Source: a virus. From it: 64,000 nt of DNA. Both the position numbers and the translations under genes were made by a program. The stretch lies in the IMG/VR virus record IMGVR_UViG_3300034122_002094. One strand, 5' to 3'. This document shows, piece after piece, positions 49,171 through 60,800 of this stretch. The first letter of the stretch is position 1. Each line of letters begins with the position of its first letter. A model generated the notes under the pieces. The model did not search any database. It saw only the letters and a program-made list of their open reading frames with translations, and was not told where the DNA came from.

Positions 49171-52100
49171 TATTCTACTGCCTTGAGCTTCAGAGTGATC
49201 GAGTATGCTCTGGCCTCGACCTTGTCGACCAGTAGCTCTCTTGTCGCCTCGCCGTCACACAGACACAAGCGGCATGAGTCTGGATCATTGACATCTTCAA
49301 TAACCCAGATCGGTTTTGCATTCAACGAGATCTTGGACAGGATCGCCTCGATCTTGTGGGCTGTCGAGCTCTTTGTCACGCCGTAGCTCAGGTTGTACTG
49401 CTTGCTGACGTTCTTGACGTTGGACTCAGACACCTGGTTGTTCAGCACATACTGCACGTCAGAGGCGTACTCGTACTGGAAACCTCTGCCGTTGTCTGGC
49501 AGTGTATCAATCAGATCCGAAGCGTATCCAAGGTCAAAGCTCTCAAGCTCGACCGCGCCGCCTGGTAGAGGCGTGGAGGATGAGACTCTAATGCCAGCGT
49601 ACCGCGCACGCAGAGGCTCGCTGAGGCGATGGAAGTGGTCAGACGAGTATACCTGTGCATCGAAGTCAAACGAGCTTCCTGGGGCGTCTGGGACGTCCTG
49701 GTAGCGTACTGGCAGCGCCAGTGTCGGCGTGGGCAGCCTGATGGACTCGGTGAAGGGCGACAGGATCTGGTTGATGACCTGTGTTGTCGGAGGAGCGCAG
49801 ACCATCGCCTCGTCGTCGAGCGCGAGCAGCTCCAACGTGTCCAGCGACTGAACCCATGATCTGCGATCAAGCATGGCGTGGTGATCTGGATAGATCTTCA
49901 TGTCCGCCTCAAGGATCCTTGAGTTTGGGAAGGACAGATTGGCCAGCGCGCGGTATCTCGTGTGCGAGCTGTTGACGGTCGCGACCACCTGCCAGGGATC
50001 ACTCACGCTGTCTCGCACGATCACCTGGTAGTCCTTGAAATTCTTGCCCTTCAAGAGGATGGTGTCAAAGACAAAGCTCGTCAGCCCGCTGTCCTGTGCG
50101 TCAGCCCAGATGACTGCGGTGGAGCTTGAGGCTCGCCAAAAGCCATGCAGCTTGCTTGACAGCATGTTGTTGGGGCTCGTGACGACCGATCGCGTCAGCG
50201 TCAAAGAGTCGCCTGTGAGGTTGCTCGTCCCGGTAAACCTTGTCTTGAAGCCCTGGGGGTAGTAGAGTTCGCACGACACGTTGCCAGACGTCGCTGCAAG
50301 CATCCACTGGGTGCGCGCGTGACCATCCTGAAGCGCGAACGTCGGGGTGTCGTTGCGTGGCATCGAAGAGCTTCCGATGAATGGGTTTGCTCCATAGTCC
50401 ACAAATGCTCCATCGACAGGCTCCCTTGGGCCATTGTCAAAGATGAGGTCGCCGAGCTGGACCTCCCAGACATCCATCGTCATATCACCGCCAAAGCTGC
50501 TGATCCGATAGTAGAGCTCGATGTCGCCGTCTGAGAGCGAAGCCTTGGCGCTGGCGTTGAACATGAGAGATGCTGGCGCATACGACTGGCTGTAAACCAC
50601 TCCAGTCTCGCTGAGGCGCGGCTTGATGATCACCATATAGTCAGATTTGCCCTGGGCCGCCTGCTTGCAAGCAAGGTCGAGATCGTAGAGAACTCCCGGT
50701 AGAAGCTCTGTTGTGGCGAACGTCACATACGCCAGCGTGCCTGCGTCCATGTACTGTGCGCGCAGCTCATAGACGTCGGCTGTCGTCGGCTTTGTGATTC
50801 GAGCCCTGAGCAGGCTCTCAAGCGTCGTGCCAGAGCCATCAGGATTGCTTGTGTTGTCATGCAACACAATCTCCATCCCGTCTTCATCGACAGAAGAAGA
50901 GAGGCTTGGCAGGACGAAGCTAAAGCGTGCGCGACAGCCTCTATTGCCCTCAAAGTTTCTCAGTCGAAGCTTCTTTGATACACCCAGCGCGTCAATGAGG
51001 AAACCGCTGGAGTTGATGGTTGTGGCACCTGTCGAGCTGTTGGTGACGAGATCTGATTGCACAAGAGCTGGTGTGGTGTTCAGGAAGCTCGGGTGGTAGA
51101 CTGTGTGCGCAGGGATCCCGAACGGGAACGAATCGGCAAACTGAGAGTGGTAGAAGGCTGGCTCCTCATAAGCGCTGCCTGAAGCGCTGACGCGCAGGAA
51201 GTGCTTGTCGCGCGTCAGCGACAGATTGTCCATGAAGCGCGCTGGCATCTCGGGGCGATCCTCATAAGTGTTGAAGGTCACCTCTGGCACAATGTTGTAT
51301 GAGTAAGTGAAAGTCCTCAGCGCTTTGTCGTGATGGGCGTTGAAGACAGGCACCGCCTCGAAGCGACGCGCAGGCTGATAGGCATTGACCAGTTGCCAGT
51401 TGCCAACCCAGTTGGAGCCCATATCAAACTCAAAGAATCGATCTCTGTTGGAGCGGAGGATCGATGCGTCGAGGCTCATGAGCTCAGCATGAGGCTGATC
51501 TGGCTGACTGGCGAAGTCTTGCATGTTCTCAAGCTGGATCGTCGTCGCGAGCGCCACGATGTCGCCGTCGATGTTCCAGCACGCCTCAAGGCTCTCGATG
51601 GGGCGCATCTGGTTGATGTCGTTGTAAGCGATGTCGAAGAATGGCGGCAGGCACACCTCTTTCAGCGTCTTGCCAGAACCTGCGAGGATGAAGGGCAGGC
51701 GCCTCGACTGCTCGATGACCGATACGACGATCGAGTTGTGATCAGAGCTTGCCTGGCACTTGATCTCCTGAGCGCCAGCATAGTAGCCAAACTCTCGATA
51801 CGCGACCGTCGCGAGCTCAGCCTCGTTGAAGGTCCAGAACTCTCGCATCTGAAGCGCGACCTCCAGCGACGAGACCGCGTAGTCCACGGCGTTGGACATG
51901 TAGCATCTTGAGAGACCATTGGCGAACAGCGTCACCTCATTGAGTGGCAACGTCGCAATCTTGAGCGTTCTCGTCAGGTGCGGGAAGCTGGAGATGGCGA
52001 GCGGAACGTCGACATACTCGTTGGTCGAGCGACCATAGATGTCCCTGTCCGCCACCTGGAGCGCCTTCCTTGTGTAGCGGTTGTTGCGCTTCTGAGCGAC

Positions 52101-54059
52101 CGTGTAGTAGACGTGAAGCTGGCTGTTGAGAACGCAAGCGTCAAACGACCAGATCTGATCGCCCTGAGCGACAGACGGCAGGTGCAGCTCGTTACCACGC
52201 TGGATGACATCCGTCTCGGGGTCGTATGTTGACACCATGATCGGCTGGTTCACAGGTCTCAGGCTGTCCCTCAGATCCAGGTTGGTCTCAAGATAGCAGA
52301 AGTGCAACAAGCCGCTCGCGCCCTCAAATGCGCTGATAGACTTGGTTGTCAGATCTGCAAGGCGCTCAGATCCTGACACGTCGATAGCTACAAAAGAATT
52401 TGCGCTTACGTCATGCAAGTAGGCGAAAAACTTGCCTTTTGCAAAATAGTTGTAGTCAAAGTAAAGTCGAGTCAGACCTGGATCTGCTCTATCAGCCAGG
52501 CTTTGTTTGTTTACATACGCGACAGGATACTCGAATGAAGAGATTGGATCGACATAGTCAATCTGACACTCGAAGTCAGCCCCTCGACCTGCGTTGTAGT
52601 TGGTGACCTCGTGCTCAACGTAGTAGTGGCCGCGCGGCATGGTCAACAGGAGGTTGCCTGTCTCGCTTGACGATGGCGCTGTTACAAAGCTTTGAGAGTA
52701 GATCGGGGTGTCGTCCCCAATTCGGAAGACTCTCAGGCGGTGGGCCATGTCAGGCACACCAGGTCCGCCAGGTTGTACAAAAATTGTAAACTGGAGACGA
52801 TGCTGAGCGCTCTCATCATAATCGTCGACTCCGGCGCCGCCCTCTACGCCATAGTAGAGAACGTCTCCATTGGTCAGCGCCAGCGTCCTGCTATAAGCTG
52901 TGCGCAATGGACTCAGCAGCTCTGATGTCAGGCTGATGTTCTTCTGGAACACATGGTTGCAGCCGAGACGGGCTCCGTCAATGCGCATGGAGAAGCCTGG
53001 AAGAGCCGCCTCGGGCTGGATCGAGCCAGCCGTGCGCACCTCATATGTGGCTGTCGTCAAGTCCTGAGGCGAACCATCATCAAAGCAAGTGTTGTAAGCT
53101 TCTGTATTGCCTCTGTTATTTTCTGATGGAAGACCTCTGAGCGGGCAGACGGCAGGAGGGTTGCTGTCAGAATAGATCTGCGTTGTGAGAGACGTGACGA
53201 GAGCGAGCTCATCTCCATTGCGATCAGGGCGAAGGCTCGTGAAGTCCTCGATCACCGCCGTATCGCCAAGACCAGCGCCACAACCATAGAGGAGCGCGCC
53301 TGTGAACTCTCCATAGCACAGGTTGTCGGACATGAAGACGGCTGCACGATCTGTCATCGACAGGCAGATAGGCAGGGTCGAAGGGTGTCCGTCGTACCAG
53401 TGCGGATGCCAGAAGACCGGGAAGGTGTGCAGATGGATCGGCGTCACCTCTCCATTGCCAGGAGCGGTGGACGTCCCTGCCAAACGAACGGTCAGCGAGA
53501 AGGCGCCTGTTTGGCTGATGCCTGCTGTGGGGGTGCTCAGGCCGGAGATCCAGCGACCCTCGTGGAAGAGGCATGGCACAAGTTGATCGTCTGGCGTTCT
53601 CGTGAAGCGGAACACAAGTGTGTCTGGCAACGAGAGCGTCATCGCCACCGCTGGATCGCTGTATGTAAAGAATGTGACTGTGTACTTGCCTGAAGCCAGC
53701 TTGGCGATCCGCACCTCCGCATCCGAGACGAGGACCCTCAGGACCTGCCCTGATGTTGACAGCTCATTCAAGTTGTGGCGAAGCGCATACTCAACGGACA
53801 GGATTCGTGTCTCGTCACCAGCGAAGGTGTAGCGCTCCTGGTGAACGCCCGAGCCAGTCCCCTCCAGCGCAAAGCGATGCGGACCTGTCTTGACCACAGC
53901 ATTCGTTGTCACGTCGGTCACGAAAGGCGTCTGCTCGGAGAGACCGTAGCACTCGGTCTGGTCGAAGACTGGCGTGCCTTGCGCCTCAATGGCAAAGCCT
54001 GCGCTGCGCCCCTGGATGATGTTCGTCGAGGGATTCGTCAAAGACTTAAATTTGTACAT
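49170..54059 (-). CDS. Large tail/virion protein
   Basis: ~1630-aa beta-rich ORF with AAGGAG SD before ATG 54059; follows the tape measure gene. Confidence 0.65.
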   Translation of the reverse strand: MYKFKSLTNPSTNIIQGRSAGFAIEAQGTPVFDQTECYGLSEQTPFVTDVTTNAVVKTGPHRFALEGTGSGVHQERYTFAGDETRILSVEYALRHNLNELSTSGQVLRVLVSDAEVRIAKLASGKYTVTFFTYSDPAVAMTLSLPDTLVFRFTRTPDDQLVPCLFHEGRWISGLSTPTAGISQTGAFSLTVRLAGTSTAPGNGEVTPIHLHTFPVFWHPHWYDGHPSTLPICLSMTDRAAVFMSDNLCYGEFTGALLYGCGAGLGDTAVIEDFTSLRPDRNGDELALVTSLTTQIYSDSNPPAVCPLRGLPSENNRGNTEAYNTCFDDGSPQDLTTATYEVRTAGSIQPEAALPGFSMRIDGARLGCNHVFQKNISLTSELLSPLRTAYSRTLALTNGDVLYYGVEGGAGVDDYDESAQHRLQFTIFVQPGGPGVPDMAHRLRVFRIGDDTPIYSQSFVTAPSSSETGNLLLTMPRGHYYVEHEVTNYNAGRGADFECQIDYVDPISSFEYPVAYVNKQSLADRADPGLTRLYFDYNYFAKGKFFAYLHDVSANSFVAIDVSGSERLADLTTKSISAFEGASGLLHFCYLETNLDLRDSLRPVNQPIMVSTYDPETDVIQRGNELHLPSVAQGDQIWSFDACVLNSQLHVYYTVAQKRNNRYTRKALQVADRDIYGRSTNEYVDVPLAISSFPHLTRTLKIATLPLNEVTLFANGLSRCYMSNAVDYAVSSLEVALQMREFWTFNEAELATVAYREFGYYAGAQEIKCQASSDHNSIVVSVIEQSRRLPFILAGSGKTLKEVCLPPFFDIAYNDINQMRPIESLEACWNIDGDIVALATTIQLENMQDFASQPDQPHAELMSLDASILRSNRDRFFEFDMGSNWVGNWQLVNAYQPARRFEAVPVFNAHHDKALRTFTYSYNIVPEVTFNTYEDRPEMPARFMDNLSLTRDKHFLRVSASGSAYEEPAFYHSQFADSFPFGIPAHTVYHPSFLNTTPALVQSDLVTNSSTGATTINSSGFLIDALGVSKKLRLRNFEGNRGCRARFSFVLPSLSSSVDEDGMEIVLHDNTSNPDGSGTTLESLLRARITKPTTADVYELRAQYMDAGTLAYVTFATTELLPGVLYDLDLACKQAAQGKSDYMVIIKPRLSETGVVYSQSYAPASLMFNASAKASLSDGDIELYYRISSFGGDMTMDVWEVQLGDLIFDNGPREPVDGAFVDYGANPFIGSSSMPRNDTPTFALQDGHARTQWMLAATSGNVSCELYYPQGFKTRFTGTSNLTGDSLTLTRSVVTSPNNMLSSKLHGFWRASSSTAVIWADAQDSGLTSFVFDTILLKGKNFKDYQVIVRDSVSDPWQVVATVNSSHTRYRALANLSFPNSRILEADMKIYPDHHAMLDRRSWVQSLDTLELLALDDEAMVCAPPTTQVINQILSPFTESIRLPTPTLALPVRYQDVPDAPGSSFDFDAQVYSSDHFHRLSEPLRARYAGIRVSSSTPLPGGAVELESFDLGYASDLIDTLPDNGRGFQYEYASDVQYVLNNQVSESNVKNVSKQYNLSYGVTKSSTAHKIEAILSKISLNAKPIWVIEDVNDPDSCRLCLCDGEATRELLVDKVEARAYSITLKLKAVE

Positions 54060-54104
54060 TTTTTCTCCTTGGTGGGCTGAAGTCAAACGACATGAGGCCT
54101 GGGT

Positions 54105-54287
54105 TCATTCCTTTTTCGCCAGACCGTCTGGCGTCGCTTCAGAGGCCTTCGGTGGCGTTGGACGGCTCTTCACTCGCAGTCGACGAACGAACGTCTCCTG
54201 AAGCCTGCTAGAGGCCTCCAAAGCGAGTGTCGTTGTGCTGGCCACAGTATGGCCTCTCCGTGGCGCTGGTCCGGCTGAGTCTTTCAT
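54105..54287 (-). CDS. Possible small basic protein
   Basis: 60-aa ORF on the operon strand; weak support. Confidence 0.25.
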   Translation of the reverse strand: MKDSAGPAPRRGHTVASTTTLALEASSRLQETFVRRLRVKSRPTPPKASEATPDGLAKKE

Positions 54288-54324
54288 TTTTTATTTTCAG
54301 ACCACCACTACACTGACCGAAGTG

Positions 54325-54807
54325 GTGACTCGCGAGTCAGTCGCTGTGTACCGATGGTGCCGACACACAGCGGAAAGGGAGGGCCGGTACACGCTTTTAC
54401 CTATTGGACTCAGGTGCTTAAACACCATCTGAGAGCTTCGGTGTACCGGGCCAATCAGGGTGTGTGCAAGCCGTGTGCAGCGGTGCCCGGTACACACTTA
54501 AATCAATATGGCGTATGTCTTTTATTCTCTTTGGAATGGGCGTGTACCGGGGGGCGTGCTCTTTTCTTGTTTTCTCTTAGAACATATAAAGAAAGAGACC
54601 AGAGTGGCGGTACACGCCATTGCTCTTGTCATTAAGTAGTTGGTAAATAAAGAGAAAAGCGTGTACCGGGCCTTGCCGACACACGCTTGCACACATACAC
54701 GGTCAGCGCCTGTAAAAACGAGCCGATTCAAATGTTTAAGTGTGTACCGGGCATCAAGGCCTTCCGACCCGTCCGCCCGGTACACACTTCACTGACTCAC
54801 GAGTCAC
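54325..54807. repeat. Dyad-symmetric non-coding element with nine GTGTACCG boxes (candidate origin or structured element)
   Basis: GTGTACCG at 54346, 54441, 54542, 54661 and 54742; CGGTACAC at 54385, 54488, 54608 and 54778; 16/17 terminal inverted repeats; AT-rich central spacers. Confidence 0.9.
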
Positions 54808-57800
54808 TCGCGGTTCTTGTCGGCCTGCTTCATCTTCTTGCGGAGCTCAGCCACCATCAGCCTGCTGTTGCGCAGCGTCTCATCTCTGCTTGTGCCGCTG
54901 GCGGCATTGACAGTGAGGTTGAACGTCTGCGTCTTCTGGTTGTTGGTGTTGTAGGTCTGAGGAGCCGCGCTGACGCGAGACGGCGCTGACATGGGAGTGG
55001 ACGATGTGGCTGCACGCTGGTAGTCAGGGATGAACTGACCGCCGTTGATGTTGTTGATGGCCTTGACGCCACCGAGCATCGCCACCGCCTCACGAGTGAG
55101 CACCGCCTCACCGCCGAGCAGCATCGCTGGTCGCTCACCTCTGCCCGGCACAAGACCACCCTCGTGGAACTTGTCCAGCCCGAGGGCACCGCCAAGCGCG
55201 TTGGTGATCGTCTTTGTGACCGAGAAGCCCTTGGTGATGTCCGTGCCTGTGAGCCCCTTCGAGATACCACCGATGGTGCGCAGGATGAGATCCGGCACGA
55301 TGCCGATGACGGCGCCGATGATAGCTGGGATGAGTCGAGCGATGAGCATTGGGAGGTTCTCCACAAGGCCAACGATCATGAGGACCGCCAGCGTTGGGAT
55401 GACCGCCGTGAGCTCAGCGATGAGGTTCGCCAGGTTGGGCAGCAGCGCGCCTGCCATCTCGAAGACCACACCAATGAGCGGGCGGATGAGCTGGAACAGG
55501 GCGCCGAGCATCATGGAGATGATCTCGGGGAACTTCTGAACCACCGTCACGATCACCTCGCTCAGGAGGCCTGGCAGCACCTCGACCAGCGCTGTCAGCA
55601 CGTTCGGCAAGACGTCGTCCACGAGGATCAGGAAGATCTCCTTGAACAGCGGTCCGACCTCCTTCATGACAGTCTTGATGGTGTTCGGCAGCTCACTTGC
55701 AAACTTCTTGATGAAGTCGATGAGATACTCGCTCTGGCCTGTCAACGCCGAGTTGAAGACCATACCGAACACTGTCCCGATCGCCGAGATCGTTGTCGTC
55801 GCGAGCGAGATGCCTCCTGCGCCGACAAGCCCGAGTCCAGCATCCAGCATATCCGATCCGCCAACCTGGGCTCCACCAGTGAGGCCATCGAACAACGTCC
55901 CGAGGTTGTTCTTGGTGTTGAGCGCGCCGAGGGGCGCAGTGAACACCTCAAGCTCCTGGAGACCAGCCAGCGCATTGCTGAATCCAGCGCCGATGTTCTC
56001 GACAGCAGGACCGAGGAAGTTGTCCTTGAAGACCTGACCAGTGCGCATGAGCGCATCCTGGTATGTCTTCTCAGCGGCCATCAGCGCCTCATATCGAGTA
56101 CGCTCAGCATCCTGAATCGAGTTGATGTAGTCGTAGTAGCTGTTCTCATTTCGAGCAAGACCATCGTTGGCCGTTTGAACGCTCGAAGCGAACTCCTGGC
56201 TTGCAGTCTTGATGTCCTCGATGAGCTGCTCGAACGACTGAGCATTGGAGACCGCATACTCGATGTTACCGATCGCCTCAAGCGCAGGCGTCAGCCCCGT
56301 TGTGATGGACGCGAACATCGACGGGATTCGCTTCACCAGCGCGGCTGCGAGGCCCTTCCATGAGCCCTCTGCCATCGCTGTGTTCATCATCTCATCGACA
56401 CCCTTCAGGAACGCCTCCCTGACAGCCAGAGGAGTGTTCTTGTAGGTGATCTCCATGAGCTTGGCCTCTCGCTCACGATCGACCTGCGACTGCTGAGCAC
56501 CGATCGCGGCATCAGCCACGGCCTTGCTCGTCGCACGCTCCATCGTGTTCTCGATGCCTACGCCGATGACGCGCGTGAGCATACGAGCCGCAGCCTGATC
56601 GCCTGCGAGCTTTGCAGCCTCCTCAGCCTTGCCAAGAGTGTAGTCTGCCGCGACCTTGAGGGCAGAGCTCATGGTCACAGCCTGCTCCTCATAGAGCTCG
56701 GCTGCTCGGCCAATGAATGTGCCAAGGCTTGCACCAGCTCCCGCCGCCGCAGCGACGCCACTGTTGCGCAGATCCGAGACATCAGGATTCGATCTGTAAC
56801 CACCTGTCTCAGTCTTGAGGTTCGCGGCAAGGTTCTTCTTGGCCGCCGCCCTACCAGACTTTGTAGTCTGACTCTGGAGCGCAGCGAAGCTGTCGACGAT
56901 GTTTTGGAGTCGAGTGATCTCGTTAGACAGGAAGTCAAGGTTGACCTCGAAGTCCTTCTCGATCTGAGGCAGACGGAACGACCCCTCGCCCTTGAGGGCA
57001 GCGGCCAGATCCATGTTACCATCGCCCATCATCGGGCCAAGGATGCTCATGATGGAGCGCAGCTCATCACGGATGAGCGCTGCGTCCCTCTTGAAGACAT
57101 CCATGTTGCGGAAGCCGACAGAGATCAGCATCTCGTTCTTGGCTGCCTTCTCCAGGCCTCTGACCTGCTCGTCCATCTGCATACGCAGCGTGTCAAGAGC
57201 TGCCAGGCCAGCCGCGTTTGTGCGGGAGGCCATCTCGACGAAGTCCTTGTCGAAGTCTGCCAGCGCCTTGTTCGCGCCCTCGTAGTCTCCCTCACGGATA
57301 GACTCGTTGAAGCGCGCCGCGTTGAGGTCCATGCGCTGCTGTGTCAGCTTGAGCAGCACTCTCTCGCGCTCAGCCTCCAGGTCATAGAGCTTCTTCGCCT
57401 CTCGGGCCGCGCGAGCGATGGGCTCGGGCAGTGCGTCAATGTTCACCTTGCCAGCGCGCAACGCATCGAGCAGTGTGTCGGCGAACTCACTGGTCTGTCC
57501 GACGACCTGTCCGAAAGACACGCCCAGAGCCTTGGAGAGCGTCAGAGAGGCCTTCAGAGGCGCTCTGGCGATGTCTGTCCCCATCGCGCTCTTGATGAAG
57601 CTCTCAAGCGGCGCACGGACCGTCTGGATCGCCTTGATGAAGTCCTTGCCGATCTCGGGGCGTCGATCATCGAACATGGCCTCAGCCATCTTCTTCTTGA
57701 TCTTGTCCAGCATGTCTGCTCGATCCTTGAGCAGCTTGACCTCCTTGTTCAACAGACGGATTGTCTCAGACTGCATCTGGAATGCAGTCGTCGCGCCGCT

Positions 57801-60800
57801 CGCGTAGGCCTTGTTGACCTCGTTGATCTGCTGACGGATGCGATTGATCGCTGGCAGCTTCGATGCGAGCGTCAGGATGTCGAGCGTCACCTCACGGAAG
57901 CCCTTCGGCGCCAGCATGGAAGCTGCGATGCCGTAGGTTTCCATCAGCATTTCATTCTCCTCGGCATAGGTGTCAAGGAGCTTGATGCGGTCCTTGAGGT
58001 ACGTCTGCTGGAGGTTGATGATCTGCGTGTACGCCGCGACCGACTCCTTTCCGTTGCCGAGCAGCTCACGGTCAAGCTTCATCTCGCGCAGCTTCTGCTC
58101 CACGATCAGTCGAGAGCGCTTCGCTGTGGACGAGAGGATAGCCAGACCATCAGTCTGGAATGTGTTGATCTGCTTTGCCGCAAAAGCTGCATCGTTGAAG
58201 GCATTCTTCTCCTTCTCGATCTGCGCAGCGATCTCGCGGTTCTGGCGGATGCGGTTCGCCTGTGACTCGAACAAGACCTTCGCAAGCTGGTTGATAAAAT
58301 CAAACTGCTGGCCTTGCTTGTCGAGCTGCTTGTTACCCTCCTCTCGCTGCTGCTGGGCCTCCTCCGACAGAGAAGACTGCGCAGCCTGCTCTGCAAAGCC
58401 CTTCTCCTGGAGCACGAGCTTGTCGCGCTCCATCTTGAGGATCGACTGAGCCATCGCCAGACGCTTCTGATCGGACAGGCCGATGCCGCCCGATGCCGCT
58501 GCACCGCCGTTCTGAGCTGCGTTCAAGTCCTCGACAGCGGCGATAGCCTCGCGGACCTTCTCCCTCGTCGTATCGAACTGCTGGGCGAACTCGTTGCGCT
58601 TGTAGATCTTCGACATCAGAGCATTGGACTCGACTGCGCGGATGGCGCCCTGCTCGATGTCCATGAAGAATCTCTCGAACTCTCTGGCCGTGTCCTCCAA
58701 GATCTTGTTCTGAGTGATGGCCATGATCGACGAGATGGTCTTGTCGAACGCCTCCGTGAATCCATCAGCGCTCGTGGATGCGTCCATCATCGACAGAGAC
58801 ATGACCTCGATGGCCTTGACGAACTGCTCGGAGCTCAGCGTCGCCATGCCGCTCTTCTCGTCATATGCCGAGAACAGTGACTCGATCGCAGCCTCCATAT
58901 CAGCGCCACCGAGAGACTCGATGAAGCGCTTCTGGAGATCCTTGTCGACCATCACGGCGTCCTCGATCAGACGACGAGTGCCCGCCTTGTCGACCTTCAG
59001 GCCACCAGGCATTGCGGCTGGCTGGAAGCCGCGCTCAGAGAAGTCGCGACCGCTCAGCTCTCCAGTCTTCCTCTGGTTGAGAGACTGCAAGCCCAGACGA
59101 CGGAACTCTGCAAAGTTCTGCTTCGATACAGCGACGCGAGCGTTGATGTCGCGCAGGTTGCTCATCACAGAGTTGAACATCTTCGGATCCAGAGGGACGC
59201 CAAACTGCTCACGCAGGTCATCGATCGAGCGGAAGGTCGCCGCGAAGGCATCCTGCGCTCCGACCTCCTGGATGTCAGCGATGGAGACCTTGAACTCATC
59301 GAGGCGGCCCTTGAGCCAGTCAAGGTTCTTGCCTGTCAGGCGCGTCATCTCGAAGACCTTCTCATCGATCTTCTTCAGACCCTCCAGATCTGTTGGCTTC
59401 ACCGCAAACGCTGTGCGCAGACGAGAGCGAGCCTTGATCACCGAGGAGACGAACTCCTCTGTTCTCTTGGTCGAAGTGATGATCTGGTCCTTGAAGGACT
59501 TGTCATCGATCAGAGAGAAGTCGCCTGAGCGGATACCAGCAGACATCTGCTCACGGCGCTTGTTGATGTCGTTGATGGCTGCCACCGCCTCAGCCATATT
59601 CTTCTCGTTGACCATCTGGCCACGACTGTCACCAGCGACCACGTCGTACTCGTTTTGACGCTGTGCGTCTGCGAGCTTCTTTGTCTGTACAGCGAGCTCG
59701 TCATCGAGCTTCTTGAACAGGCCCTTCATGCTCGATGGGTCGACGATGTTCGCGATGTCCTTCTCGATACTGTCCTTGAGACCGTCAGGCAGCCCCTGGA
59801 GCGCGCGCATGGGCACACGGATACCTGCCCACATGTCGCTCGACATCGAGGCCGCTGCGAGCGTCTGGAGCGATCCGATGAAGGTGTCCTCGTGCGACAT
59901 GATCGCTTCTGTGATCGCATCGTCGATCGACTTGCCGCCGCCGAACTGGAGGTCGAGATCGAGGGCGAGACCCTTGACGATCGCGACGCGCTGCTCGTCC
60001 TGCTCGATCTTGAGCGCCTTCTCGCGCTCCTTGGCGTAGCCGCGCACCTGTTGAGCCAGCAAGCGATAGCTCTCACCGATCTCCTTGTTGGACATCATGG
60101 TGATGCCTGAGACGGTCAGAGCCTCGTCGCCGAGCTTTGTGATCTGCTGACGGAGCGCTGCTCCGAAGTTCTCTGGATCTGTCTTGCCGAGGTTGGCGAT
60201 CTTGTCGAACTGGTCAAACGCCTCGCCAACTCCCTTCATGGCCGACTGCTTTGCAGAGGTCTTCGAGAGGGATGCGTTGAGATCATCAATGCGGCCCTGG
60301 AGGTTCTCCACAAACGATGCAGCCTCTGCCGCACCAGTCGAGAAGGCGTAGAAGACGGCGCCAGCGGCCACGATAGCGAGCATTGGAGCCATCAGGGCGT
60401 ACAGAGCCTTGACGTTTGTCCAGATTGCAGCTCCCATCGCCCTGAAACCAACCGTGTTGGTGACGCTGACGACGCCAAGAGCCGCCAGCGATGGCAAGCC
60501 TGCTGTGACAGACGTGTTGAGAGCTCCCTGCGCAGCCGCTGCTTGAGCTGTTGCATAAGCCTCTTGCTGCTGAGCAACAGTCTTCGTCTTGATCGCGATG
60601 ACGAACTTTGCGTAAGCCCCGATGGCGCCAACTGTCTGCTGGATGAGAACTCGGCTCTGGAGCGCTCCAAGACCGTACACAACAGCCGCGAGGACGCGGA
60701 GCGTATTGGCCAGCGTGATCACGCCGAAAGCGAAGATGGCCAGCTTGCCGATGATGCCGCCCGTCGCGTTGTTCATCTGGGTGATCGCCATCGCCGATCC

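Noticed and set aside
54325-54807. CRISPR array or integron attC array interpretation
   Set aside because: The repeats are short, alternate in orientation and are irregularly spaced. There is no cas or integrase gene in the window and there are no cassette ORFs.
54235-54989. Short ORFs across the repeat element
   Set aside because: They overlap on both strands, have atypical composition and lack SD sequences; the DNA symmetry explains the region better.
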